Shown here: positions 39,827 through 48,710 of the stretch, one piece after another
Numbering within the stretch: position 1 is the first letter of the stretch
Layout: each line of letters starts with the position of its first letter
NCBI GenBank assembly: GCA_964629685.1
Contig: CAZVTT010000001.1
Span: 319,796 to 383,795, forward strand
DNA from: an uncultured Gammaproteobacteria bacterium
GTDB taxonomy: Bacteria; Patescibacteriota; Microgenomatia; UBA10105; UBA927
Direction of reading: 5' to 3'
Length of the DNA stretch: 64,000 bases
Translations under genes and position numbers: made by a program
The notes under the pieces: model-generated
The model's database searches: none
What the model was told of the DNA's origin: nothing
The model's input: the letters and a program-made list of their open reading frames with translations, nothing else

Positions 39827-41065
39827 TTATCTCCAGACGCCTCCGATAAAGAGTTCGGCCTCAATGGTAAAGGTCGTCGTGCCACTTGAAGGAATTGTAA
39901 AGTTGAGAATGTATTCTCCGGCATCATTTTTAGCTGACGTTTCGGTGAATGTTCCGCCGTTGACTCTGATTCTGGCTTTGGTTGCGTTCGTTCCGACGAC
40001 TGCAATCACGATGCTGTCTCCCGGTTGCAGGTTGTTCGGATTGACGACTTCACCGTTTCTGTAAATCTTGATGTTCTGACATTGTCCCGTAATATCCGTT
40101 GGTGTCGGTGTATAGGTAACGGTAACTGTCGCTGTGGGCGTGTTCGTTGGCGTGATGGTACATTTGTCGTCGCTGCAGACTACACCATTCTGTAGACAGG
40201 CTGTCAGGACACATTTGTTGGCGCTGCAGGTGTGATTCTGTGGACATTGTGCATTACCGGTACAGGCATTTCCACATTGCGGGTTCGGTGTTGGCGTTGG
40301 TGTCGGTGTCTTGGTTGGAGTAGCCGTCGGTGTTTTGGTCGGTGTGTGTGTTGGTGTATTGGTGTTGCCTGTCGGTGTGGTTGGTGTTGGGGTATTTCCG
40401 CCACCGCCACCACAACTTGAGCTGATAACTTCAAAACTTCCACAACCTAAATTATCCCGTGAGCCTCCACGGCAGACTTCATCAACTTGTCCGCATCCTT
40501 GGGTGTATGCTTTTGCAGCTGCCCAGTTCGGGAAATCATAGGAAAGATTCTCGTGACATTCTCCGCCTGAAAGATTCCCACAACGGTAGGCGTTAATTTT
40601 GCCACAGGTACCTCCGGGACAAAGATCGCCGCCGACCTGATTACAGACGCGATTTCCACTTGTTCCGGTACAGACAAGATTCTGTCCACCGCAACATGGT
40701 TTGTTTTCATCACAAGCCTGTAACTTTGCCGCGCATTGACCATTAGTAGGGGTAGGCGTACTGTACGGACCACTAGCTGCTCGATTCCTAGTGTCTTGAA
40801 CTGATTGTGCACCGAAGTAAATTACCGGAAGTGAAAGCAGCATTAACAACATTACTGCCATCAATATCATCTTTTTCTTGTTATTCTTGCCGGCTGCAGG
40901 TGGAGGAGATGCTGGGGGAACACTGGAACCGGCACTTGCTCCCGGTGTCCATGATCCTGTCTGACCCATTAATGCATCTAAATTCGGTTCAGCTTCCGGT
41001 GTCGGTGGAGGAGTTGTTGCACTTGTTGTATCCGTCGGCTGATTAGCTAGTATGTCTGCTGTCAT
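39827..41065 (-). CDS. N-in membrane-anchored surface protein with two Cys-rich modules, (TP)n linkers and a C-terminal beta-rich domain; copy 1 of a tandem pair
   Basis: 412 aa. A Pro-rich cytoplasmic N-terminus with KNNKKK before a single TM. The extracellular part has CCGG, CPGGTC and CGGGGG motifs, a (TPT/KTP)n linker, and QCGNACTGNAQC…KCVLTAC…CSDDKC. Identical to the next gene except for the first ~8 codons. Confidence 0.6.
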   Translation of the reverse strand: MTADILANQPTDTTSATTPPPTPEAEPNLDALMGQTGSWTPGASAGSSVPPASPPPAAGKNNKKKMILMAVMLLMLLSLPVIYFGAQSVQDTRNRAASGPYSTPTPTNGQCAAKLQACDENKPCCGGQNLVCTGTSGNRVCNQVGGDLCPGGTCGKINAYRCGNLSGGECHENLSYDFPNWAAAKAYTQGCGQVDEVCRGGSRDNLGCGSFEVISSSCGGGGGNTPTPTTPTGNTNTPTHTPTKTPTATPTKTPTPTPTPNPQCGNACTGNAQCPQNHTCSANKCVLTACLQNGVVCSDDKCTITPTNTPTATVTVTYTPTPTDITGQCQNIKIYRNGEVVNPNNLQPGDSIVIAVVGTNATKARIRVNGGTFTETSAKNDAGEYILNFTIPSSGTTTFTIEAELFIGGVWR

Positions 41066-41067
41066 AG

Positions 41068-42303
41068 TTATCTCCAGACGCCTCCGATAAAGAGTTCGGC
41101 CTCAATGGTAAAGGTCGTCGTGCCACTTGAAGGAATTGTAAAGTTGAGAATGTATTCTCCGGCATCATTTTTAGCTGACGTTTCGGTGAATGTTCCGCCG
41201 TTGACTCTGATTCTGGCTTTGGTTGCGTTCGTTCCGACGACTGCAATCACGATGCTGTCTCCCGGTTGCAGGTTGTTCGGATTGACGACTTCACCGTTTC
41301 TGTAAATCTTGATGTTCTGACATTGTCCCGTAATATCCGTTGGTGTCGGTGTATAGGTAACGGTAACTGTCGCTGTGGGCGTGTTCGTTGGCGTGATGGT
41401 ACATTTGTCGTCGCTGCAGACTACACCATTCTGTAGACAGGCTGTCAGGACACATTTGTTGGCGCTGCAGGTGTGATTCTGTGGACATTGTGCATTACCG
41501 GTACAGGCATTTCCACATTGCGGGTTCGGTGTTGGCGTTGGTGTCGGTGTCTTGGTTGGAGTAGCCGTCGGTGTTTTGGTCGGTGTGTGTGTTGGTGTAT
41601 TGGTGTTGCCTGTCGGTGTGGTTGGTGTTGGGGTATTTCCGCCACCGCCACCACAACTTGAGCTGATAACTTCAAAACTTCCACAACCTAAATTATCCCG
41701 TGAGCCTCCACGGCAGACTTCATCAACTTGTCCGCATCCTTGGGTGTATGCTTTTGCAGCTGCCCAGTTCGGGAAATCATAGGAAAGATTCTCGTGACAT
41801 TCTCCGCCTGAAAGATTCCCACAACGGTAGGCGTTAATTTTGCCACAGGTACCTCCGGGACAAAGATCGCCGCCGACCTGATTACAGACGCGATTTCCAC
41901 TTGTTCCGGTACAGACAAGATTCTGTCCACCGCAACATGGTTTGTTTTCATCACAAGCCTGTAACTTTGCCGCGCATTGACCATTAGTAGGGGTAGGCGT
42001 ACTGTACGGACCACTAGCTGCTCGATTCCTAGTGTCTTGAACTGATTGTGCACCGAAGTAAATTACCGGAAGTGAAAGCAGCATTAACAACATTACTGCC
42101 ATCAATATCATCTTTTTCTTGTTATTCTTGCCGGCTGCAGGTGGAGGAGATGCTGGGGGAACACTGGAACCGGCACTTGCTCCCGGTGTCCATGATCCTG
42201 TCTGACCCATTAATGCATCTAAATTCGGTTCAGCTTCCGGTGTCGGTGGAGGAGTTGTTGCACTTGTTGTATCCGTCGGCTGATTTAAAGATTGATTGTC
42301 CAT
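41068..42303 (-). CDS. copy 2 of the tandem Cys-rich/TP-linker surface protein
   Basis: 411 aa, identical to copy 1 from residue ~8 onward. The N-terminus is MDNQSLNQ versus MTADILANQ in copy 1. Confidence 0.6.
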   Translation of the reverse strand: MDNQSLNQPTDTTSATTPPPTPEAEPNLDALMGQTGSWTPGASAGSSVPPASPPPAAGKNNKKKMILMAVMLLMLLSLPVIYFGAQSVQDTRNRAASGPYSTPTPTNGQCAAKLQACDENKPCCGGQNLVCTGTSGNRVCNQVGGDLCPGGTCGKINAYRCGNLSGGECHENLSYDFPNWAAAKAYTQGCGQVDEVCRGGSRDNLGCGSFEVISSSCGGGGGNTPTPTTPTGNTNTPTHTPTKTPTATPTKTPTPTPTPNPQCGNACTGNAQCPQNHTCSANKCVLTACLQNGVVCSDDKCTITPTNTPTATVTVTYTPTPTDITGQCQNIKIYRNGEVVNPNNLQPGDSIVIAVVGTNATKARIRVNGGTFTETSAKNDAGEYILNFTIPSSGTTTFTIEAELFIGGVWR

Positions 42304-42376
42304 GTAATAATTTCTAAAACCAAATTGGCCTATTTCTACATTAGATGATTAATAAATTCCTCGTCAAGTATATCTT

Positions 42377-43714
42377 TTAAAATAAGACTAAAACTCCCGA
42401 TGCAAGTAATACGATTCCGAAAACTAACAGTAGCAATGTCGGTAATGAGGTAGCTGTAGTTGGAATAGGTTGAGGCGTCGCTGATGCGACTGGAGTAGAT
42501 GTCGGTGTAAGAGTGGCTGTGGCAGTAGCGGTGGGCGTAAGGGTAGCAGACGGCGTAGCTTCGCCTAATACTTGTGTACCGCTTTTAAAAATTGTGAATC
42601 CATGAGTGATGGCTACTGGTTTACCTTGAGCATCTACTGTGGTTACGGTGACACTCTGTTTGCCGGATCCCAGTTCTTTCGTCGGAGTATATCTCCATAC
42701 GCCATCGGTTCCTACTTTCGTTGTTCCGCTAAAAGGATTAGTGATACCAAGCGTTATGGTGACTACTTTTGACGGAATGCCTGTACCCTGAATAAGTGGA
42801 AGTCGGCTGGTAAGGGTAGCTCCTTCGGCAGGAGCGTTTAATGATATTTTTTCTGTAGCGAACGTTGATTGAGTCGTTCCGAGTACCGCGGTTTCTTCTT
42901 TTGGAGTAGCGCTAGGTATAGGCGTTACTGTCGGGCTTAGTTGTAAAGCCAGCTGGGCAGTTGCATTGACTTTCGCTTGTTGTTTTCGGAAATCGTATGT
43001 TTTACCGATAATCATTGTCGGTACTGGAGAATCATTAAAGGTGTCGCTCACAGCCGTGGCCTCTTCTTCAGCATATTTTACAACCAATGTTTCGGTTAAG
43101 CGATCCTGTGTGGTTATATACGTATTCAAATCTGTGGTTCGAATTAAGTTGAGTGGGATTATCCATGAACCTGTAGGTTTTACCAGTGCGGAAAGTGTCT
43201 GGCTTCCTTCTAAAGTTAGAAAGATTAGTGCTCCGTCGGCAGGTTGATTGTCAGTTGTAAGTACGGTACCGTAGGCAGGTTCAAGTGATCCTGCGTTCGA
43301 ATCCAGTGTCGGGGCTGTACTTACATGATATGGTTTACCCCCTGCATCATAATATTCTTGCCCGTTTGCAAGTATTTTTAATGTATAGTCGGTTTCCGCT
43401 TTGAGATTTCTTAAAGTAACGCTGTGACTTTGATATTTCCCTAGTTTTCCGTTTCCGTCGCGTTCATCTATAAACGTCTGCGGTCGCTGCTGAGGACCCG
43501 TTAATACCACTGCTCCGGAGGTAGAGCCGCCAGTCAGCCACGTTATTGTTACCGTTGTGTCTGTGATATTTGTAAATTGAATATTAGCAGGTCGTTCGGA
43601 GGGGGATGCTTTTGTAGGACTTCGGAATGCCTGATCAAGTACAACAACAACTCCTACAATCGTAAGGAGCAGTAGTAATCCAATAACAGTAGGAATTTTT
43701 CGCGGAAATTGCAT
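42377..43714 (-). CDS. membrane-anchored surface protein with a fibronectin type III-like domain
   Basis: N-terminal TM; FN3-like PANIQFTNITDTTVTITW…; a long Thr/Ser-rich beta region; C-terminal (T/A/P)-rich linker + hydrophobic helix. Confidence 0.55.
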   Translation of the reverse strand: MQFPRKIPTVIGLLLLLTIVGVVVVLDQAFRSPTKASPSERPANIQFTNITDTTVTITWLTGGSTSGAVVLTGPQQRPQTFIDERDGNGKLGKYQSHSVTLRNLKAETDYTLKILANGQEYYDAGGKPYHVSTAPTLDSNAGSLEPAYGTVLTTDNQPADGALIFLTLEGSQTLSALVKPTGSWIIPLNLIRTTDLNTYITTQDRLTETLVVKYAEEEATAVSDTFNDSPVPTMIIGKTYDFRKQQAKVNATAQLALQLSPTVTPIPSATPKEETAVLGTTQSTFATEKISLNAPAEGATLTSRLPLIQGTGIPSKVVTITLGITNPFSGTTKVGTDGVWRYTPTKELGSGKQSVTVTTVDAQGKPVAITHGFTIFKSGTQVLGEATPSATLTPTATATATLTPTSTPVASATPQPIPTTATSLPTLLLLVFGIVLLASGVLVLF

Positions 43715-43719
43715 GAATT

Positions 43720-43914
43720 CTAATATACCTGTTTCTTTTGTAACACACTTAGTATGCCAGTGTCTAAAGTAGGGTTCAATGGGGTAATTACCTGCTTAAC
43801 TGTACTGGAAACAGTCGTAGTTTTAGCGGTCTTAACCAGTTCGAAAAATATCCAAGATAATACGGTTAAAAATGTAAATACCGAAACGAGCAATATGTCA
43901 CGGTCATTATCCAT
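43720..43914 (-). CDS. small single-TM protein (possible minor pilus-assembly component)
   Basis: 64 aa with one TM, packed between the pilO-like and FN3 genes. Confidence 0.3.
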   Translation of the reverse strand: MDNDRDILLVSVFTFLTVLSWIFFELVKTAKTTTVSSTVKQVITPLNPTLDTGILSVLQKKQVY

Positions 43915-43926
43915 GTCACTCCTATT

Positions 43927-44628
43927 CTATTGTGTTTTTCCTTTTAGTGAATAGTACCCTTGAAGTCGGATTACAAGTCTTAGTGATTTTGGTGCTAATG
44001 GGTCATCAGATACCTCTTCGTCTTTGAGTGAACTGATTATCGAAGAATTAACGGTAACAATTCGTCTCATGTTAATAACCCCTTCAAGAAATGCTTTGAT
44101 GTTTGAGTATGGCCCGTTGACCGAAACAACCATAGGAACTATTTTTTCTTTCGGCTGGTTTTGGGTTTTTTGACTGCTGGGCGTAGCTTCCTGTCCCAAT
44201 AACGGGATACTGGGAATTGAAATTGAGCTCACTGTAACTTGTGTCTGTTCTGCTAAATTTTTTAATTGGAATACCAGTGTTAATGCATCCGGTGTTTCCG
44301 GTACTGCCTGATCAATAAGCGGTAACTGATCTTCAATAGCCTGATAGTTTGCTTGAGCCTCAATCAGGTTTGTTATTTTTTCTTCCATTATTTTATTTAC
44401 GACCGTATTATCGGCAATTTCCCGTCTGAGGAATAAAATTGTTTGTAGTGTCGGGCGTATTCCGTACCAACCAAAAAGTGAAATTGCAAGAAATGAGAAA
44501 ATTGTGGTGGTATACGCACGATTTTTAGGTTTGCTTATCAATGGTTCAATAGTCTGATAGTACCGTTTATATTGTTGATAATTTGGTTTTTGATTGACTG
44601 CCATATTATTTTTTCTTTGGTGTCGCAA
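43927..44628 (-). CDS. pilO: type IV pilus assembly protein PilO-like
   Basis: N-terminal TM, coiled-coil and C-terminal alpha/beta region. Overlaps the upstream pilN-like gene by 23 nt. Confidence 0.5.
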   Translation of the reverse strand: MRHQRKNNMAVNQKPNYQQYKRYYQTIEPLISKPKNRAYTTTIFSFLAISLFGWYGIRPTLQTILFLRREIADNTVVNKIMEEKITNLIEAQANYQAIEDQLPLIDQAVPETPDALTLVFQLKNLAEQTQVTVSSISIPSIPLLGQEATPSSQKTQNQPKEKIVPMVVSVNGPYSNIKAFLEGVINMRRIVTVNSSIISSLKDEEVSDDPLAPKSLRLVIRLQGYYSLKGKTQ

Positions 44629-45157
44629 TAAATGCGGTAATTTTAAATTGTATCCCCACTAAAGGTTGTTTTTTTATATCTCCAACTTCGATTTGAGTAA
44701 TTTGTTTTGTACTTTGAAGGTTTGCAATAAATTGTGAGAAACCTGTGGTGCTCCCAGCCGTTGCGCTTATAAGAATTCTCTCGGGACCATAGTCAAGTGA
44801 TTCTAAGTAAACATCGGGTGGCAGTAGCGTCTGGAAAAGAGAAACCATTTCGACTGGTTTCGATTGGTTGTTTAATAATGTGTTTACATTTACAAGTCGT
44901 TCCTGAAGTTGTTTAAATGAAGCCTCAAAGTCTTGATTAGCTTTTAGGATTGCCTGCTTTTGGCCAATTTCCTCTTTAAGGTCGGTTAATTTACGGTCGA
45001 GACTAAATCGGGAGATAAAGGCGAGTAATACAATTATCTCAGTGCCGATCATGATATATCGGCCATACGTTACCGCCCACGTAGTAATTCTGCCAATGGG
45101 CGAGTTCTCCAGATCATCACGTTGTAATAAATTAATTGTCGGAGTCTTGGCAGGCAT
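44606..45157 (-). CDS. pilN: type IV pilus assembly protein PilN-like
   Basis: Conserved N-terminal INLL motif (…TPTINLLQRDD…) followed by a TM helix, a coiled-coil and a C-terminal ferredoxin-like domain. Confidence 0.6.
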   Translation of the reverse strand: MPAKTPTINLLQRDDLENSPIGRITTWAVTYGRYIMIGTEIIVLLAFISRFSLDRKLTDLKEEIGQKQAILKANQDFEASFKQLQERLVNVNTLLNNQSKPVEMVSLFQTLLPPDVYLESLDYGPERILISATAGSTTGFSQFIANLQSTKQITQIEVGDIKKQPLVGIQFKITAFIATPKKK

Positions 45158-45199
45158 ACTGCTAGTATAGCAAGGATTTGCCTTTGCGGAAAAGGGAAG

Positions 45200-45436
45200 T
45201 TATTTCTTAAGCAGTTTAGCTAACCTCGATTTTAGACGATCAGCTTTGTTCTGGTGGATTACATTGCGTTTTGCAGCCTTATCGAGAGTCTTGAACGCTG
45301 AAGTCAGTGTTTTTTCTGATGGCTTTTTACGCATTGATTTAACAATTTCACGTACTGACTCTTTCGTAACACGATTTGTCTCCGTGCGTTTTCGGTCGTG
45401 GCGAAGTTTTTTTATGGCACTAGCAATAATTGGCAT
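45200..45436 (-). CDS. rpsT: 30S ribosomal protein S20
   Basis: 78 aa, highly basic, S20 signature (…AIKKLRHDRKR…NRVTKES…). Confidence 0.9.
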   Translation of the reverse strand: MPIIASAIKKLRHDRKRTETNRVTKESVREIVKSMRKKPSEKTLTSAFKTLDKAAKRNVIHQNKADRLKSRLAKLLKK

Positions 45437-45561
45437 GAGATGTAGTATAGCTGATTATTACTGGCTGGTCAAGATTTCTTAGCGTATAATGACACTATCC
45501 TGTTTTCTGCAGGTTAATTGATGCTCCAAATAGGTAATAATATATAGGTTCACTGCTTAGT

Positions 45562-47214
45562 ATGAAGAACATATTAGTATTCTTGAGTAGAAAACAGAGT
45601 TCGGTTCGTTCTGCTGCGCTCGTTATGATGCTCATGGTGCTGACTTCCCGAATACTCGGTTTGGTGCGGGACAGACTGCTGTCAGCACGATTTGCACCGG
45701 AGGAGTTAGGAGTATACTTTGCGGCATTTCGATTACCAAATCTTCTTTTTGAATTACTGGTGATGGGAGTGCTAAGTACAGCCTTTATTCCAGTCTTTAC
45801 CAGATATCTGACGAAGGAAAATGAGAATGCAGCCTGGAGAATGGCGTCTAACTTAATTAATTTAGGCATCCTGTCTCTAACCGTTTGTTCGATCCCCATT
45901 CTGGTATTTACGGAGACTATTTCGAAGTGGGTTGCGCCAGGATTTAGTGATCCGCAAATAGCGCAAATGGCAATATTTACGAGAATAATGATTCTGTCCC
46001 AGGTAATTCCGCTGATGATCGGCAATTTTTTTACCGGAATTTTACAGTCATATAATATTTTTTTAATCCCCGCCGCAGCTCCGGTTATATACAACGTTGG
46101 GATTATTCTGGCAATACTCTTTGGAACTTCAGCGTTTGGTTTGTACGCTCCGGTCATTGGTGTCGGAGTTGGTGCCGTACTATTTATGCTATTACAAATT
46201 CCTATTCTTCTGCATTTGGGGTATAGACACAAATTTGAGTTCAACCCAAAAGTCCCCGGTGTGAAAGAGGTAGTAACTTTGATGATTCCCAGGACATTAG
46301 GTTTAGCGGTATCACAAATAGATACGACTGTAGACTTGATTTTAGCAACTATTCTGGGAGCCAGAATGGTTACAATCTTTACATTTGCACAACAGCTTCA
46401 ACAGTTACCTATCGGGTTGTTTGGCGCCACTATAGCTCAAGCATCATTGCCGGCATTATCTGTAGCATCGGTTAGGTCAGATTTGGATAAATTTAAAGAG
46501 GCAATATTGTCGGCCATTAATCAGGTATTGTTCTTTGTACTTCCAGCGTCTGCATTATTTATGGTATTGCGAATACCCGTAGTTCGGTTGATATACGGAT
46601 CATCACGGTTTGATTGGCAAGCTACAGTACTAACAGGCACTACATTATCGATGTTTAGTATATCGTTGTTTGCACAGGCGCTTATTCATGTTTTAACCAG
46701 AGGTTTTTATGCGTTATACGACAGTAGAACGCCGGTATTTGTGGGCATTGTAGGTATCACAATAAACACGGTGTTAAGTATTTGGTTCGTAAATGTATTA
46801 CATCTTCCGGTTTGGTCTTTAGGATTATCCACATCCGTAGCCAGTATCGTACATGTAATACTGTTGTTTATATTTCTTGACAGAAAAGTTAAGGGTTTTT
46901 CACGGAGTCAGCTTATTATTCCACCGATAAAGATTGGAATTGCTGCCGTGTTAACTGGCGTGATGTTGTATATTCCTATTAAATTACTGGATCAATTAGT
47001 ATTCGATACGACCAGGACTTTTAATTTAATCCTTTTAACCGGGATAAGCGGTTGTATTGGGTTAACGACATATCTTTTTCTAGCGTGGGTGCTTGGCGTC
47101 AGTGAGGTGCAGTCGTTCTTTCTGTTGTTGAAAAAGGTTCGTTCATCAGGTCATATTCTATTGGAACCTGCGAACGAAGCTGTAAATAGCAGTACCCAGG
47201 ATCAGGTTTCCTAG
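45562..47214 (+). CDS. murJ: lipid II flippase MurJ (MviN)
   Basis: 550 aa, 14 TM; conserved N-terminal SRILGLVRDRLLSARF and FAAFRLPNLL motifs. Confidence 0.85.
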   Translation: MKNILVFLSRKQSSVRSAALVMMLMVLTSRILGLVRDRLLSARFAPEELGVYFAAFRLPNLLFELLVMGVLSTAFIPVFTRYLTKENENAAWRMASNLINLGILSLTVCSIPILVFTETISKWVAPGFSDPQIAQMAIFTRIMILSQVIPLMIGNFFTGILQSYNIFLIPAAAPVIYNVGIILAILFGTSAFGLYAPVIGVGVGAVLFMLLQIPILLHLGYRHKFEFNPKVPGVKEVVTLMIPRTLGLAVSQIDTTVDLILATILGARMVTIFTFAQQLQQLPIGLFGATIAQASLPALSVASVRSDLDKFKEAILSAINQVLFFVLPASALFMVLRIPVVRLIYGSSRFDWQATVLTGTTLSMFSISLFAQALIHVLTRGFYALYDSRTPVFVGIVGITINTVLSIWFVNVLHLPVWSLGLSTSVASIVHVILLFIFLDRKVKGFSRSQLIIPPIKIGIAAVLTGVMLYIPIKLLDQLVFDTTRTFNLILLTGISGCIGLTTYLFLAWVLGVSEVQSFFLLLKKVRSSGHILLEPANEAVNSSTQDQVS

Positions 47215-47243
47215 AAGAAGATTTCAAACAGGGGAGTGTTATT

Positions 47244-48707
47244 CTATTGGTTTGTTGTTTGCTCCGTCGGTTGGGTATCAACTGCTTCCTGAGGCTGTTC
47301 CGGTAAAGGGGCGGTCAATGTTAATTCCAGTACTGCGATGCTTTGAGCTGGCATGAATACTTCACGGGTAAATGTATCTCCCGAAATGGTTTCAGTGAAC
47401 TTAGCATCTCTCCCCAGCATAAATTTTTCACGATAGGTGTAAATTCCGGGCTCAAGGTTATTTATCGTCACAGGAACGTTTTCTGAGTGAGTTCCGGCTC
47501 TGTCGAAATTAACCAACATGATTCTAAGGGTATTGTTTCTGGTACTGGCAAAGCCGGTTACCCAGCTCCCTTCACCGTCAAGCTGAAGCCTTGTTCCCGT
47601 CATGGCATCTAAGAATGAGTAAACATAGTATCGTGGTTTTGGCTTTTTACCTTTAGATTCGTGACCCAATAGTCCCCACCCATCTTCCTGGCCCGGTCCG
47701 TCCTTAATTTGGAAGCTAAGTAAATACGTTGGTCCTCCCGAAATCAATTGTCTGACAGTGGCAGCGGTATGGGCTGCGGCGTACATCGTTCCGTAACGCT
47801 TATCCTTCGCGCCGGTGAAGCCAAATTCCGAAATTATCTTCGGAATAAGTGTGTAGCGTGGATAGGTGATGAGCCAGGATGCCAAGTTTTGTTGGTCAAT
47901 GTTAAATTGCGCAGGATCCTGCAGGTAAGAATGCCAAGAAAGGAAATCCAGTCGGTTCCCGCTTGTAACTAATGCTAATACCCAGTTTTTGTAGAGACCG
48001 GTAGTTGATGGACCTCCCAGTAAGAATGGGTTTACACCCTTTGCACGAGACGCTCCTAACGCGGCGTATTTATATAATGTTAAATAGTTTTTTTCGCCAG
48101 AAAGCTTCCATTTCCCGAATTGTTCAAGGTCTGGCTCGTTCCATACTTCATAGTAAATACCGTTTAAATTTTTCCCCGTTCGTCCACTGTAGTGTTCTAT
48201 CGTTCGCTGTACTACGAGTGACCATTCGTCCCAATTATTGGGTGGGTTTATGATTGAGCCGTCTTTGGCGATCACGGAAGGCATGTACGATAGTGCTAAT
48301 ATAGGTTTAGCTCCGGTAGCTAAAATGGAATTTACTGCCTGATCAAGTTGAGTAAAATCAAATGTTAAGTCATTACCGGAACGGCCTACAACATTATAAT
48401 GGTCATAGAGGTGGTCCAGTCTGATAAGTAGTGGTTTAAGGGCTTTGGTTTCACCTATTACCGGTGAGATCATATCTGCTGACTCTTCTCCTCCTTGTGC
48501 GAAAGCGTGGTAGAAGTCAGTTTTAATCGGTTCCAATACTGCTTTTGCGTCAACAATAATATTTGCCTTTGTTCCTGCCGCTCTGGCGGCAATATCAAAT
48601 GCGTTATAAACTCCCAGTAAAAAGAGTGGCAAGAATGTGAAAATAGCGACCAGGGAGACAACGGAAGTAAATCGTGAAGATGAGTCTCGTTCAAGAAAAT
48701 TGGTCAT
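47244..48707 (-). CDS. membrane-anchored clan GH-A glycoside hydrolase (GH39/GH5-like)
   Basis: N-terminal TM; YYEVWNEPD (acid/base Glu in the NEP motif), later ISEFG (candidate nucleophile Glu); TIM-barrel-like pattern. Confidence 0.55.
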   Translation of the reverse strand: MTNFLERDSSSRFTSVVSLVAIFTFLPLFLLGVYNAFDIAARAAGTKANIIVDAKAVLEPIKTDFYHAFAQGGEESADMISPVIGETKALKPLLIRLDHLYDHYNVVGRSGNDLTFDFTQLDQAVNSILATGAKPILALSYMPSVIAKDGSIINPPNNWDEWSLVVQRTIEHYSGRTGKNLNGIYYEVWNEPDLEQFGKWKLSGEKNYLTLYKYAALGASRAKGVNPFLLGGPSTTGLYKNWVLALVTSGNRLDFLSWHSYLQDPAQFNIDQQNLASWLITYPRYTLIPKIISEFGFTGAKDKRYGTMYAAAHTAATVRQLISGGPTYLLSFQIKDGPGQEDGWGLLGHESKGKKPKPRYYVYSFLDAMTGTRLQLDGEGSWVTGFASTRNNTLRIMLVNFDRAGTHSENVPVTINNLEPGIYTYREKFMLGRDAKFTETISGDTFTREVFMPAQSIAVLELTLTAPLPEQPQEAVDTQPTEQTTNQ

Positions 48708-48710
48708 ACA

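Larger units (their letters stand above)
39821..42303. repeat. perfect tandem direct repeat, two units of 1241 bp (39821-41061 and 41062-42303), differing only in ~18-19 nt at the 5' coding end of each gene copy
   Basis: Sequence read directly: both units begin tcatagttatctccagacgcctccgat and run identically to …gtatccgtcggctgat. All six-frame ORFs recur at a +1241 offset with identical translations. Confidence 0.9.

Noticed and set aside
39017-41782. Numerous 60-216-aa ORFs on the plus strand (and nested minus-strand ORFs) inside the Cys-rich/TP-repeat genes
   Set aside because: They are antisense or alternative-frame artefacts of GC-rich repetitive coding DNA. Identical copies appear at the +1241 offset purely because of the tandem duplication.
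38772-42303. Possibility that the TP/TPT repeats or 1241-bp repeat represent a CRISPR array or mobile element
   Set aside because: The repeats are in-frame coding low-complexity linkers and a whole-gene duplication. There are no short direct repeats with unique spacers, and no transposase or integrase.
45495-46244. 249-aa ORF antisense to murJ
   Set aside because: It is completely embedded in the well-supported murJ gene on the opposite strand and has no recognisable motifs.
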